DNA of 62,992 nt, the filler included, from Chthonomonadaceae bacterium (lineage in GTDB: Bacteria; Armatimonadota; Chthonomonadetes; Chthonomonadales; Chthonomonadaceae): NCBI GenBank assembly GCA_035650735.1. It is 4 parts of 4 records of this genome, joined end to end, with 100 filler letters (N's around TTAATTAATTAA, not from the genome) between each part and the next. Parts side by side here need not be neighbours in the genome. Positions count along the whole stretch, not along the records: positions 1 to 18,420 come from DASRGZ010000109.1; 3 more parts are not named here. One strand, written 5' to 3'. A program made the translations under genes and the position numbers. Under the pieces are notes generated by a model. The model made no database searches. It saw only the letters and a list, made by a program, of their open reading frames with translations, and was not told where the DNA came from. The first letter of the stretch is position 1. The number at the start of each line of letters is the position of its first letter. This document shows, piece after piece, positions 8,111 to 18,520 of the stretch.

Positions 8111-9844
8111 ATGACTATCTCCGTACCCCCGTCTTCCAAAGCGCCGGTTCCGCAGGCTTACGAGCAGCCTGCCGGGAGCGCGCGGCAGCGGCCCGAGGAG
8201 CCGATTGTGTTTATTATCTTCGGGGCCTCCGGCGACCTGACCCGGCGCAAGCTGATCCCGGCGCTCTATAACCTGGCCTGCGCCAACCTGCTGCCGCCGC
8301 AGTTCGCGGTCATCGGCTTCGCCGTCACGCCCATGAACGACGACTCCTTCCGAGAGGCCATGCGCCAGGCGGTCCAGGCCAGCACGGAGGTCACCTCGTT
8401 TAATCCCGACCTTTGGGACACGTTCGCCAAAGGGCTGCGCTATATCACCGCCGATTTTCTGGCTCCCGAGGGCTATCAGAAACTGAGAGATCGGATCGGC
8501 GAGATCGAGTCGCATGCTGGCCGTACTATCAACCGCCTGTTCTATCTGGCCACGCCGCCCAGCTTCTACGATGACATCGTGACGCGGCTCGGCTCCCATA
8601 AGCTCGTCACCAAACATGCCAAGCAGCAGGACGAATGGACGCGTGTCATCGTCGAAAAGCCCTTCGGCAACGACCTGGCCTCGGCCAACGCGCTCAACAA
8701 CGCGATTCATCGTGTCTTCAAAGAGGATCAGATCTATCGGATAGATCACTATCTGGGCAAGGAGACGGTCCAGAACATCCTCGCTTTCCGCTTCGCCAAC
8801 TCCATCATCGAGCCTATCTGGAACCGCCGCTACGTAGACCATGTTCAGATCACGGCGGCGGAGACGCTGGGCGTGGAGCATCGGGGCAAGTACTACGAGG
8901 AGGCGGGCTGCCTGCGCGATATGTTCCAGAACCACATGCTGCAACTGCTCTCGATGGTGGCGATGGACCCGCCGATCCGCTATAGTGGCTCCAGCGTGCG
9001 CGACCGCAAGGCCGATGTGCTGCGGGCCATCGTGCCGATCAATCCGGAGAACCTGGGCGATACCGCCGTGCGCGGCCAGTATGGGCCGGGAATTATTAAC
9101 GACACGAGCGTGCCGGGCTATCGCCAGGAGGAGGGGGTCAACCCCAACTCCAACACAGAGACGTTCGTGGCCTTGAAGCTCTTCGTGGATAGCTGGCGGT
9201 GGGCGGACGTGCCGTTTTACCTGCGCTCCGGCAAGCGCCTGCCCAGGAAGCTCACCGAGATAGCCATCCAGTTCAAGCGCGTGCCGCATCTATTCTTCCA
9301 CCTGACTCCGGAAGACCAGATCGAGCCAAATCTGCTCATCATGCGTATTCAGCCGGACGAGGGCATCTCGCTGCGCTTTGGAGCCAAGCTGCCCGGCCCG
9401 GAGATGCACATTCGGCAGGTGCAGATGAATTTTAGCTACGCCGAAGCGTTCAACGTTCAGCCCGCAACGGCCTATGAAACGCTGCTCCTGGATGCGATGC
9501 AGGGCGACCAGACGCTCTTCACCCGCAGCGACACGGTGGAGATGGCCTGGACGATCCTGGAGCCGCTGTTGGACATCTGGCAGGCGACCAAGCCCTTCCA
9601 GCCCTTCCCGAACTACGCGTCTGGCACCTGGGGCCCCGCCGCTGCCGATGCGCTGATCGCGCGCGATGGACGCGCCTGGCACAATCCGCCGGCCTCGCAG
9701 CCGCCAACCGCCACCCATCCGGTCGTGCGCGTGGAGTGTGCGGGCGAGCCGATGGGCGCGCTGCGTAGTCGCCCTGGCAATGGGCAGGGCGATGGTCGCG
9801 GAGGGGATGAGAAGCAGGAGCCAACCGAGCGTTCCCGCGCTTAA
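8111..9844 (+). CDS. zwf: Glucose-6-phosphate 1-dehydrogenase
   Basis: [53 protein letters not shown]; start ATG 8111 after GGGAGG. Confidence 0.97.
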   Translation: MTISVPPSSKAPVPQAYEQPAGSARQRPEEPIVFIIFGASGDLTRRKLIPALYNLACANLLPPQFAVIGFAVTPMNDDSFREAMRQAVQASTEVTSFNPDLWDTFAKGLRYITADFLAPEGYQKLRDRIGEIESHAGRTINRLFYLATPPSFYDDIVTRLGSHKLVTKHAKQQDEWTRVIVEKPFGNDLASANALNNAIHRVFKEDQIYRIDHYLGKETVQNILAFRFANSIIEPIWNRRYVDHVQITAAETLGVEHRGKYYEEAGCLRDMFQNHMLQLLSMVAMDPPIRYSGSSVRDRKADVLRAIVPINPENLGDTAVRGQYGPGIINDTSVPGYRQEEGVNPNSNTETFVALKLFVDSWRWADVPFYLRSGKRLPRKLTEIAIQFKRVPHLFFHLTPEDQIEPNLLIMRIQPDEGISLRFGAKLPGPEMHIRQVQMNFSYAEAFNVQPATAYETLLLDAMQGDQTLFTRSDTVEMAWTILEPLLDIWQATKPFQPFPNYASGTWGPAAADALIARDGRAWHNPPASQPPTATHPVVRVECAGEPMGALRSRPGNGQGDGRGGDEKQEPTERSRA

Positions 9845-9890
9845 AGGGCTAGGCCCCCACCCCCTAGCGGCAGGCTAAACCTTGCCGCAC

Positions 9891-9922
9891 AAAAAGGCGT
9901 CCATCCGAAACGGATGGACGTC
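9891..9922 (-). terminator. Terminator downstream of tRNA-Thr
   Basis: Minus strand CGTCCATCCG-TTT-CGGATGGACG stem then CCTTTTT. Confidence 0.75.
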
Positions 9923-9938
9923 CGCAAGAATGCTTCTA

Positions 9939-10010
9939 AGCCGACGGGGAGATTCGAACTCCCGACCGGCGGTTTACGAAACCGCTGCTCTACCTCTGAG
10001 CCACGTCGGC
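9939..10010 (-). tRNA. tRNA-Thr(CGT)
   Basis: GCCGACGTGGCTCAGAGGTAGAGCA GCGGT-TTCGTAA-ACCGC ... GTTCGAATC ... CGTCGGCT cloverleaf. Confidence 0.96.
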
Positions 10011-10023
10011 GCGTGCTCGCCAT

Positions 10024-10052
10024 AGTATAGCAGAGGCGAGCGTGTTTGTCAA
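10024..10052 (-). promoter_or_regulatory. Sigma70 promoter of tRNA-Thr
   Basis: TTGACA-17 nt-TATACT on minus strand. Confidence 0.85.
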
Positions 10053-10092
10053 GGCCGATCCGAGCGCCATCGGCAGTCCCCTTCCCCGCTCG

Positions 10093-11649
10093 CTACCAGC
10101 GTTCCGTGATGGATTTGGCTTGCAGGAAGTGGCTCAGATAGTCGCGGCCCCCGGCCTTGCTGTTGGTGCCAGAGAGGTTAAAGCCGCCGAACGGCTGCAC
10201 GTCCACCAGCGCCCCGGTGATCTTACGGTTCAGGTAGAGGTTGCCAACGTGGAACTCGTGGCGGGCGCGCTCCAGGTGGACGCGGTTATTCGAATAAACC
10301 CCGCCCGTCAGCCCGTAGATCGTGCCGTTGGCGATGTCGAGGGCATGGTCGAAGTCGCGGGCGCGTATCACCGGCAGCACCGGCCCGAAGATCTCCTCCT
10401 GCGCGATGCGCGCCGTCGGCAGCACGTCGGCGATAATGGTCGGGCGGATAAAATAGCCCCCCTCGCGTGGCTCTTCGGAAACCTCGCCGCCCAGCACGAC
10501 CCGGCCCTCCTCACGCCCGATGGCGATATAGGACATGATCTTGCGGTAGGCGTCGGCATCAATCACCGCGCCCAGGTAGTTCTGCGGGTCCGCCGGGTCG
10601 CCGATGGTCAGCTCCGAGGCGCGCTTTACCACCTTCTCCAGCAGCGCATCATAGATGTTCGTATGGGCGATCAGCCGCGAGCAGGCGGAGCACTTCTGCC
10701 CCTGGAACCCAAACGCCGACACGACTGCGCCCTCCGCCGCCGCCTCCAGATCCGCGCTCTCGTCCACGATGATGGCATCCTTGCCGCCCATCTCCAGGAT
10801 GGCGCGCTTGAGCCACTTCTGTCCCGGCTGCGGCGCGGCGACCCGCTCGTAGATGCGCACGCCCACATCCTTGCTGCCCGTGAAGGAGACGAAACGAATG
10901 CCGGGGTGCCCCGTAAGCGCCTCGCCGACGACCTCGCCCGATCCCGGCACGAAGTTGACGACGCCGGGCGGCAGACTTGCCTCTTCCAGCAGCTCTACAA
11001 ACTTCGCGGCGATCACCGGCGTCTGCTCGGCGGGCTTAAGGAGGACCGTGTTGCCCGTGACGATGGGCGCAACCGTCGTTCCCACCATGATCGCCAGGGG
11101 GAAGTTCCAGGGCGTGATGACCGCGCCCACGCCCAGCGGGAAGTAGCGTACCTCGTTCTCCTCGCCCGGATAGGGCGTCGTCGGATGCGGCTGGCCCCAG
11201 CGCAGCGCCTCCCGCGCGTAGAATTCCAGAAAATCTATCGCCTCGGCGGCGTCGGCGTAGGCTTCGCTCCAGTTCTTGCTGGCCTCATAGACCATCCAGG
11301 CGGCAAACTCATAGATACGGCGGCGCAGAATGGCGGCGGCCTTGACCAGATAGCGAGCGCGGACCTCCACCGGAACGCGCGCCCACTCTACAAACTTCTC
11401 CGAGGCCGCCAGCACCGCCCGATCCACCAGCAGCGGCTCGCCGTCGCAGACCGCGCCGACGACCTGCGCCGGGCAGGCCGGGTTGCGGCTGACCGTCTTG
11501 TTCTCGGTCCAGATACGCTCCCCGCCAATAATGATCGGATACGTGCGTCCCAATTCGCCCGCGACCGTAGCCAGCGCCACCTCCATCTTGCGGCGCGGCC
11601 CCTCCTCGGCAAAGTTGACATAGGGTTCGTTCTGAAAGGGCGTGAACAT
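10093..11649 (-). CDS. pruA: L-glutamate gamma-semialdehyde (P5C) dehydrogenase
   Basis: FQNEPY N-terminus, PWNFPLAI, FTGSKDVG, LEMGGKDA, AFGFQGQKCSACSR, EEIFGPV; start set at ATG 11649. Confidence 0.93.
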   Translation of the reverse strand: MFTPFQNEPYVNFAEEGPRRKMEVALATVAGELGRTYPIIIGGERIWTENKTVSRNPACPAQVVGAVCDGEPLLVDRAVLAASEKFVEWARVPVEVRARYLVKAAAILRRRIYEFAAWMVYEASKNWSEAYADAAEAIDFLEFYAREALRWGQPHPTTPYPGEENEVRYFPLGVGAVITPWNFPLAIMVGTTVAPIVTGNTVLLKPAEQTPVIAAKFVELLEEASLPPGVVNFVPGSGEVVGEALTGHPGIRFVSFTGSKDVGVRIYERVAAPQPGQKWLKRAILEMGGKDAIIVDESADLEAAAEGAVVSAFGFQGQKCSACSRLIAHTNIYDALLEKVVKRASELTIGDPADPQNYLGAVIDADAYRKIMSYIAIGREEGRVVLGGEVSEEPREGGYFIRPTIIADVLPTARIAQEEIFGPVLPVIRARDFDHALDIANGTIYGLTGGVYSNNRVHLERARHEFHVGNLYLNRKITGALVDVQPFGGFNLSGTNSKAGGRDYLSHFLQAKSITERW

Positions 11650-11764
11650 GGCCTTCTCCCTGATTGCTGTCTCTAGCATATCTATTGTATACATACGCAC
11701 TAGCTCTCTCCAGAGTCGGCGCTGGAGATAGAGGCGGCTTCCGGCTGCGCAATGAGGAAGGGTA

Positions 11765-12142
11765 CTATCCGGTTCCCTGAGGTCGGCGCTGGAGGAAGAG
11801 ACGGCTTCCAACCCGTATATTGTGCGCGGAGATCGTTCCGGCGGGCAGTTCGATCACGACGCGCGCGCCCCGCACCGGCCCGCCGATCCGCCACGGACAC
11901 AGGTTAGGAACGGCGCGCAGCACGGCGCCCCCAGCATCGAGGAACAGCACATCTATCGGGAAGCGCAGGAAGAACGTATGGATGCCGTTGCAGGGCTCCA
12001 GCCAGAGGCCGCTGTCCGCCGTCAACTCCGCCCGGCCCATGAGGCCAATCGCGCGCTTCCAGGCCGTGTCCGCCACTTCCAACCGCGCCGCCAGCACGCG
12101 CCCGGTATCTGCCTCACGCAATTCCGCCCATGAGGTCGCCAT
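11765..12142 (-). CDS. DUF192 family protein
   Basis: VADTAWKRAIGLMGR...IHTFFLRFPIDVLFLD...VIELPAG. Confidence 0.88.
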   Translation of the reverse strand: MATSWAELREADTGRVLAARLEVADTAWKRAIGLMGRAELTADSGLWLEPCNGIHTFFLRFPIDVLFLDAGGAVLRAVPNLCPWRIGGPVRGARVVIELPAGTISAHNIRVGSRLFLQRRPQGTG

Positions 12143-12255
12143 GCCCTGCCATTCGCCGCTCCTCGCGCGCTTCCCTGCCGCATCGGGGTCCTTCCGTTTT
12201 CCCTGTACTCGCCGCCGGGCACGGAAAGTACCCGGCTCTAGGGCCTAACGGCCAA

Positions 12256-12430
12256 GCGACTGCAAGGGACGCCGCTCAACGGTTCGCGGCTCGGCCTTGC
12301 GACTGGCGGACGCCCCGTAAAGCCCGGTGTTCCGTTCGCAGTCGCAAGGCAAAGGCACGCGTGTCGCGAGGCGGAGGCGCCAACCATGGCAGCGCCGACC
12401 CTGGCAGTGGCAGTGCCGTCCCTGGCAGTC
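12256..12430. repeat. Composite intergenic repeat, family A (diverged copy)
   Basis: GTCGCAAGG...GTGTCGCGAGGCGGAGGC...CCGACCCTGGCAGTGG...CCCTGGCAGTC, same motifs as 440-712. Confidence 0.75.
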
Positions 12431-12566
12431 GGTTGGCGGCAGGCCCACCAGACGGGTACTTTTCGTGCCCGGCAAGGATCGGAGGTTTTCAGCCCCCGGC
12501 TCGGTGGCCTGCGTCCGCTAAAAATGCGACAGCGCCGAAAACGGAATGCCCTTGGTCCTTCCAGAC

Positions 12567-14603
12567 TTAGCCAGATTCCAGAGGGCGTTGCGCGTTTCGC
12601 TCCTGCCAGGTACGCTGTTCGCTATCCGCGATCTGTTCCAGCCATGCACCCGCCTGCGCCTCCTGATGCGCCAGGCTAACAACCCGCCCGACGTAGACCA
12701 GCAGCAGCAGACTGATCAGGGGAACGGCGAGCGCGCCAAAGCCGCGTACCAGCCCTACCGAAATGGGCACGCGCCGCACCCGGCTTATCAGCGCCAGCAG
12801 GATCACTAGCAGCAGCGGCAGCGCCAGCCACAACTCAAAGGCAATGCCAAAGAAGCCTTCAGAAAAGAGCTTATCAACGGTCTCGGAGTAGCTCCAGAAC
12901 CCGAATAAGACGCTCACGAGGCGCACGGCGGCGTGCGCGCCTGCCGCTCCGACCGCCAGCACGCTATAGAAGCCCAGGATCGTGATGGCTATCGCAAAGA
13001 GGGTCGCTTTTGTCAACTGCTCTGAGGTGAACCGGCCCACGACTCCGACCAGCGCGGCCCAGGCCAGAATCGCGGCCACGGTCGGCAGCAGGCCGCCATC
13101 CGGGGCAAAACCTCTGTAAATAAACGGGCACGCCGCAAGGCCGATGGCAAGGCCGATGCCCAGGTGAATCCCCAGTTTGATCGGCGGCGATATCGGGGCG
13201 GGAGGACGCATGTCAAAGCGGCGCAGATATAGCAGCAGCGCGGCCACGCCGCCCAGCAGCAGCAAGAGCGCGCATTCCATCAAAAGCCATTGATTTCCCA
13301 ACCACGCGAACGGGAGGAGCTTATAGGAGTTATACACATCGTCAGGCAGGGGCGCCGCCATAACGGTCTGGTTGAGGGAGTACTGGCGCCAGACCCATCC
13401 GGCTTCCTCCGCGTGATGGTGCCCATGCAAAAAGCGCACGTACTGCTCCATAACTTGCCGCTGCCAACTCTCTTCCGACTGCGAGCCGAGCAGCCATCGA
13501 GCATGACTCTGGTCACCTGACGATGCTGGCTGCCGTTGCCCGCTCTTTTTCGACGGTCCGGCCTTCATCCTGGAGTTGGGCCTGGATGGAGCCTGTTCTG
13601 CCGGATGGCTATAGGCGATGTCGAACAGGCTCACAGCGGCCAATGTTCCCATGCGCCGGCGGTCTTGGTCGCGCATGAGGGCGGCAACGCGCATCAGCCT
13701 GCCGCGCAGCGCGATGCCGCCCTCTATGTCTCCGCCGCGCTCCTGCTGAATGGCCTGCCACACCACCAGCTTAGCAACGGAACGCAGTTGGTCATAGTAG
13801 GACTCCAGGGTGGTATCCCAGGCAAACCAGCGCGCCACGTTGCTCTGCTTGCCAAATGCAGCCGCATTCAAGCGCCAGAGACCGTGCGCCTCTTCCTGGG
13901 AGTAATCCTCCCAGCGTGGCTTTGCGGCGGCGCGCGCCAGGTCTTCCAGCATCTCCCGATCTCGATGCGCGGCACCGTGCGCCACCGCCAACAGCATCGG
14001 AAAGAAGGCATTCTCCGGGTCCACTCGCTCTCCACTGCGCGCCACCCGTTCATACGCCGCGAGTTGCGATGGCGCGTTGGCGCCTATGGGCGCCTGATCC
14101 TGCTTGGGCGGCGCGCTGCCCTCCAGCCAGAACTCCTCCGCGCGGTGAATCCGGATGACGCCCTGACAGGCGTGCCGCAGATAGGCTGCGTAGGGCAGCG
14201 GATCGGAGGGGAAACGGTCTATCTGCGCTTGCAGGCGCGGCAGCAGCGAGAAGAGGCGATCCAGCGACGTAGAAGAGGTGTCTATGCTGAGCGTCGTCGG
14301 CTGCCCGGCATGGATGGCATAGGCTACCTGCGCTGCGGCATCGTCGCGTAATTGGCGGGCCGCAAAATCCTGGCGCTCTCGCTTCCCCGAATCGCCGGAG
14401 GAAGCCGCGTGGAGCGCCCACAGGCCCGTGCTGCCTTCTCCCAAACCCAGCGTAGCGGCAAGCTGCGTGCGCACAATCCAGCCGGTTCCCGGCGCCAGGC
14501 CGACCGCCAGCAGCGCCCCCACAGCTACTCCCAGCAGCCACCACTGCCAGCGTCCCCGCCGGGGCTGGAAGGCTCTCGATTGCGTCGGTTGCGAACTTGG
14601 CAT
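12567..14603 (-). CDS. Hypothetical membrane protein (N-terminal TM, large helical extracytoplasmic region, C-terminal multi-TM)
   Basis: 678-aa ORF with AAGGAG RBS, third gene of the ECF cluster; hydropathy pattern. Confidence 0.75.
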   Translation of the reverse strand: MPSSQPTQSRAFQPRRGRWQWWLLGVAVGALLAVGLAPGTGWIVRTQLAATLGLGEGSTGLWALHAASSGDSGKRERQDFAARQLRDDAAAQVAYAIHAGQPTTLSIDTSSTSLDRLFSLLPRLQAQIDRFPSDPLPYAAYLRHACQGVIRIHRAEEFWLEGSAPPKQDQAPIGANAPSQLAAYERVARSGERVDPENAFFPMLLAVAHGAAHRDREMLEDLARAAAKPRWEDYSQEEAHGLWRLNAAAFGKQSNVARWFAWDTTLESYYDQLRSVAKLVVWQAIQQERGGDIEGGIALRGRLMRVAALMRDQDRRRMGTLAAVSLFDIAYSHPAEQAPSRPNSRMKAGPSKKSGQRQPASSGDQSHARWLLGSQSEESWQRQVMEQYVRFLHGHHHAEEAGWVWRQYSLNQTVMAAPLPDDVYNSYKLLPFAWLGNQWLLMECALLLLLGGVAALLLYLRRFDMRPPAPISPPIKLGIHLGIGLAIGLAACPFIYRGFAPDGGLLPTVAAILAWAALVGVVGRFTSEQLTKATLFAIAITILGFYSVLAVGAAGAHAAVRLVSVLFGFWSYSETVDKLFSEGFFGIAFELWLALPLLLVILLALISRVRRVPISVGLVRGFGALAVPLISLLLLVYVGRVVSLAHQEAQAGAWLEQIADSEQRTWQERNAQRPLESG

Positions 14604-14617
14604 CTTCTGGCTCCTTC

Positions 14618-15151
14618 CTATTTCGCGCGCTTATCCGCCGGGCGCACGGGCCTGTTGGCACCCGCAACGCCCCCAGGCACGCCACCGCGCGGGGCCGATA
14701 TCGCTCCCGGCACGAAGCCGGTTATGACTCCCATCGGCGGGCGCCGTTCTGTGGAGAGGGGCGGAAGCGGCTGATGGGAAATTCGCAGATGCGCGGGCAG
14801 GGCAGGCAGCGGCGGCGCGGGCCGGGCCTGATGGATACGCGGATAGGGCGGCGGCAGGGTTGGCAGCGCGCGCTCCTGCCAGGTGGCGATGGCATAGGCT
14901 GTCCCAAAGCCAACTGCGGCCGGCAGCAGCATCCAGCGTGCGCGCCGGAGGACCTGCCGCCACCAGGGATCGAAATCGCGCCCGGAGGTCATGGCGGCCA
15001 GCACGCGGGCGTTGAAGTCCGCGTGGGGCGGGATCACCGGCAGGCTGTGCAGGCCGGCCCGCAAGAGAGCTTCCTGACGCGCATCCAGCCGCACTTCGCT
15101 CTCCGTCTCTTCCGGGGCGGGCGTCGCAGGGGTCGGCAAGGGCTCAGACAT
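14618..15151 (-). CDS. Putative anti-sigma factor (single TM)
   Basis: Overlaps the ECF sigma stop; L..LP...P..DF.ARVLA segment then one TM and a Pro-rich tail. Confidence 0.6.
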   Translation of the reverse strand: MSEPLPTPATPAPEETESEVRLDARQEALLRAGLHSLPVIPPHADFNARVLAAMTSGRDFDPWWRQVLRRARWMLLPAAVGFGTAYAIATWQERALPTLPPPYPRIHQARPAPPLPALPAHLRISHQPLPPLSTERRPPMGVITGFVPGAISAPRGGVPGGVAGANRPVRPADKRAK

Positions 15152-15836
15152 GGTGACTCTCCTCCATCGCGCGCTGCCATAACGTTCGGAGCTGGGCGCG
15201 GGCCGCGTTCAGGCGCGAGCGCACGGTTCCCACCGGAATCTCCAGCGCCTCGGCGATTTCGGCATATTCCAGCCCTTCGAGCTCCCGCAGCACGAGGGCG
15301 GCGCGCAGCGGCGGCGTCAGGCGATCCAGCAGATTCTCGATCAGCAGCCTGGTTTCGAACGCCTCGTTGCTGAGCGGCTCCTGCGACTCCACAAACGTCT
15401 CGTCTCCTGAGATCGGCTCGCTGTCTCGCCGCCACCAAGGAGCGCGCTTGCGGTTGAGGCAAAGCCGCACGATAATGCGATAGAGCCAGGTATAAAAGGC
15501 GCAATCCCCCCGAAAGCGGCGTATCTGCCAGAAGGCGCGCAGGAACGCCTCCTGCGCCAGGTCTTCGGCCTCCGCCGGACGCCGCAGGATGTGCGCTGCC
15601 AGCCGGACGGCCCGGTCACGGTAGCGGATCATCAGCCAATCAAAGGCTGCTTCCTCGCCCGCCTGCGCGCGCCGCACCCAGCTCGCCTCGTCCGGGTCGA
15701 GCGGCAGGCGCAGATGGGCCAGTTCCACCTCCGGCTCTGCCATCGCCTGCGGCGTCTGTATCGTCTCAGGTCTCATCCGCTCCTCGCTGCCCACAGGAAG
15801 CCTCCACGCGAGAGATGCTTTGCCCGAAAAGTCCAT
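15144..15836 (-). CDS. ECF RNA polymerase sigma factor
   Basis: AEDLAQEAFLRA, FYTWLYRI, EGLEYAEIAEALEIPVGTVRSRLNAAR; exact start uncertain. Confidence 0.93.
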   Translation of the reverse strand: MDFSGKASLAWRLPVGSEERMRPETIQTPQAMAEPEVELAHLRLPLDPDEASWVRRAQAGEEAAFDWLMIRYRDRAVRLAAHILRRPAEAEDLAQEAFLRAFWQIRRFRGDCAFYTWLYRIIVRLCLNRKRAPWWRRDSEPISGDETFVESQEPLSNEAFETRLLIENLLDRLTPPLRAALVLRELEGLEYAEIAEALEIPVGTVRSRLNAARAQLRTLWQRAMEESHHV

Positions 15837-16052
15837 CGCGTTCGCGCTCCTCTCCGCATTCTACCGATACCGACACGGGCCGGTGGCCGGGAGTTCGCCC
15901 CGGCAAGAAATTTGCAGAGAGACTATTCTGGTACAATGGAAGAGAGGAGCGCGAAGTTGGGAGGCAGCAAAAAGGCTCATATCCGCTTAAAGGCGAATAT
16001 GAGCCGATTCGGAGGACTTTTGAGCCAGTTATCTGTGAGTAACTGTCAACAA

Positions 16053-16126
16053 TAGCGGAGGTCAGACTCGAACTGACGACTCTACGGGTATGAACCGTAT
16101 GCTCTGACCAACTGAGCTACTCCGCC
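16053..16126 (-). tRNA. tRNA-Met(CAT), elongator type
   Basis: GGCGGAGTAGCTCAGTTGGTCAGAGCA TACGG-TTCATAC-CCGTA ... GTTCGAGTC ... CTCCGCTA; paired first acceptor position argues against initiator. Confidence 0.92.
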
Positions 16127-16138
16127 AGAAGCCCTATA

Positions 16139-16167
16139 ATTTTACCATAGCCATGCCCGTTTGTCAA
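16139..16167 (-). promoter_or_regulatory. Sigma70 promoter of tRNA-Met
   Basis: TTGACA-17 nt-TAAAAT on minus strand. Confidence 0.8.
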
Positions 16168-16405
16168 AACCAGGTTAAGAAAAAAGCGGCGTCCCGCTCC
16201 TGCGTTGCGTAATGGCCACGCCGGAAGGGAGGCAGGAGGAGAGCGCGCGACGCCGAACTATAGGCTGTTGGAGGCATTGTCGGGCACCCATTGCGCCCTG
16301 GATGCCCTCCGGGACGATGCCGTCGCGCCTGTCACGAAGCCAGACCGCGCAAAGAGCGTTGCTGGGAGGAAAATAGGCTGTTTGGATTAAGGGGAGGGAA
16401 CGGCA

Positions 16406-17818
16406 ATGTACCAGGTTCATACCATTACTACGCCGGGATTGGCGCAGAACAGCTATCTCCTCGCCAGCGGCACGGAGGCGGCGGTCATTGACCCGCGCCG
16501 TGATGTCGAGGGCTACCTGGAGACGGCGACCCGGCTGGGCGTGGCCATCACGCACATTTTCGAGACGCACTCCCATGCCGATTTCCTCAGCGGAGGGCCG
16601 CAGTTGGCAGCAGCCACCGGCGCGACGCTGCATATCAGCGCGCTGGTCAACCCGGCGGTGCCGCACGTTCCCCTGCACGACGGCGACATCTTCACGATTG
16701 GGGATGCGCGTCTGACCGCCCTGCACACGCCCGGCCACACGCCGGAGCACATGGCCTACTACGTCACCGATGCCGCCGACCCCGCCATCCCGCCCGCGTT
16801 GTTTTCCGGTGACCTGCTGTTCGTCGGCGATCTGGGACGGCCCGAACTGCTGGGGCAGGCGCTGGCGCAGGAGCTGGCCCCGCGTCTCTATGACTCGGTA
16901 TTCGGCATCGTAGGAATGCTGCCGCCGGAGACGGTTCTCTATCCGGGGCACGGCGCGGGCAGTCTGTGCGGCAAGGCGCTTTCGGACAAGCCGACCTCCA
17001 CGCTCGGCGAGGAGTTTGTGGCCAATCCGGCCCTACAGATACGCGATAAGGCCGAGTTCGTGGCCTATATGCTCTCCGGGCAGCCGCGCGTGCCGGGCAA
17101 CTTCGCGCGCATGGCCGCGCTCAATCGGGCGGGCGTGCCCCTGCTGCCGGAGCAGTTCCCGGCCCGCGAGTTCCGCGTCGAGGAGGCGGAGGCCGCCCTC
17201 GCCGATCCGGGCTGCCTGGTGGTGGATGCCCGCACCCCGGAGGAGTACGCCGCCGCGCACATTCCCGGCAGCGTTTACCTGGGGCTGGACCCAGGTCTGC
17301 CGACGTGGCTGGGCTGGCTCTTCCCGCCGGAAAAGCGAATCGTGGCGGTTGTGGAGGATGCGGCGCAGGCGCACGCTTACTACACCTGGCTGGTGCGTGT
17401 CGGGTATGATAATCTGATCGGCTACCTGCCCGAAGGCGTCGCGCGATGGCGGAAAGCGGGCAAGCCGTTGCGGTCGCTGCGCCTGGCAGCGCCCGACGAG
17501 GCAAGGCGCGCAGTGGAGGCGGGGCGGCTTCTGGTGGATGTGCGGACGCCGCGCGAGTTCGCGGGCGGCTCGCTGCCGGAAGCGCGCAGCCTACCGCTGT
17601 GCGAGCTGCCGGGACGCCTGGGCGAGATTGCGCGCGATGCCTGCGTTACGCTGATGTGCCAGGGCGGATACCGGGGAACCATCGCCGCCAGCCTGCTTCT
17701 CAACGCCGGTTATCCGAACGTGGAGAACGTCGTGGGCGGCTATGGGGCGTGCGCGTGCGCGGCGAAGGAGCCAGTGGGGCCGCCTGAAGCGCAGAGGGCC
17801 GGTGTAAGCAATCAGTAA
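16406..17818 (+). CDS. MBL-fold metallohydrolase with two rhodanese domains (persulfide dioxygenase-like)
   Basis: ETHSHADFLSG, HTPGHTPEH, GDLLFVGDLGRPEL, YPGHGAGSLCG; two D.R...E rhodanese repeats, CQGGYR loop. Confidence 0.92.
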   Translation: MYQVHTITTPGLAQNSYLLASGTEAAVIDPRRDVEGYLETATRLGVAITHIFETHSHADFLSGGPQLAAATGATLHISALVNPAVPHVPLHDGDIFTIGDARLTALHTPGHTPEHMAYYVTDAADPAIPPALFSGDLLFVGDLGRPELLGQALAQELAPRLYDSVFGIVGMLPPETVLYPGHGAGSLCGKALSDKPTSTLGEEFVANPALQIRDKAEFVAYMLSGQPRVPGNFARMAALNRAGVPLLPEQFPAREFRVEEAEAALADPGCLVVDARTPEEYAAAHIPGSVYLGLDPGLPTWLGWLFPPEKRIVAVVEDAAQAHAYYTWLVRVGYDNLIGYLPEGVARWRKAGKPLRSLRLAAPDEARRAVEAGRLLVDVRTPREFAGGSLPEARSLPLCELPGRLGEIARDACVTLMCQGGYRGTIAASLLLNAGYPNVENVVGGYGACACAAKEPVGPPEAQRAGVSNQ

Positions 17819-17835
17819 GGAGCAAGACTCAGAGG

Positions 17836-18420
17836 ATGTTAACTCACGAGCCGCTGGATTTTTTTCATAAGAACGGTTATGTGCGTATTCCGCAGGTCTA
17901 TACGCCGGAGGAGCTCCGGGCCATGAGCGACGAGTTAGACCAGCTCATTCAGGACTGGGCCGTTACGAATATGGCCTGGACCGGCCCCTGGCGGCAGGTC
18001 TATATGAGCGCAGACCTGGAGAAGCGTTCGCTGCTGACGCACATGAACGACCTGTATCTCTACTCCGAAGCCTGGTGCCGCGCCGTTACAGGCCCCCGGA
18101 TCGCCGAAGCCATGTCCGACCTGCTCGGCCCCAACGTGGAGCTGCACCACATGACGCTGCACTGCAAACCGCCGGAGACGGGAATGCCCTTCCCGATGCA
18201 CCAGGACTCGCCCTTCTACCAGCATGAAGGCTTCGGCTATATAGACGCGATTATCCATGTGGACGACGCTACAGAGGAAAACGGCTGCCTGAAGTTCCTG
18301 CCCGGCACGCACCGGCTGGGACATCTGGAGCACATTACCCGCACGCCCGATGGAACGCCTTGCTCGCCCCATCTGCCCACCGACAAGTACCGCTTGCAGG
18401 ATGCCGTTTCCTGTCCGGCG
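17836..18420 (+). CDS. Phytanoyl-CoA dioxygenase (PhyH) family protein, truncated by contig end
   Basis: FFHKNGYV, KPP...MHQD, DDATEENGCLKFLPGTH. Confidence 0.88.
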
Positions 18421-18520
18421 NNNNNNNNNNNNNNNNNNNNNNNNNNNNNNNNNNNNNNNNNNNNTTAATTAATTAANNNNNNNNNNNNNNNNNNNNNNNN
18501 NNNNNNNNNNNNNNNNNNNN
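18421..18520. other. Artificial contig linker
   Basis: N run with central TTAATTAATTAA (stops in all frames). Confidence 0.98.

Noticed and set aside
10042..11676. Long opposite-strand ORFs (also 8075-9289, 34924-36426, 43865-45196, 49548-50747, 60466-62085)
   Set aside because: Antisense shadows of well-supported genes in high-GC DNA, with no motifs of their own.
18421..18520. TTAATTAATTAA palindrome repeated three times in the window
   Set aside because: Always embedded in N runs: an artificial scaffold linker. No synteny was inferred across these joins.
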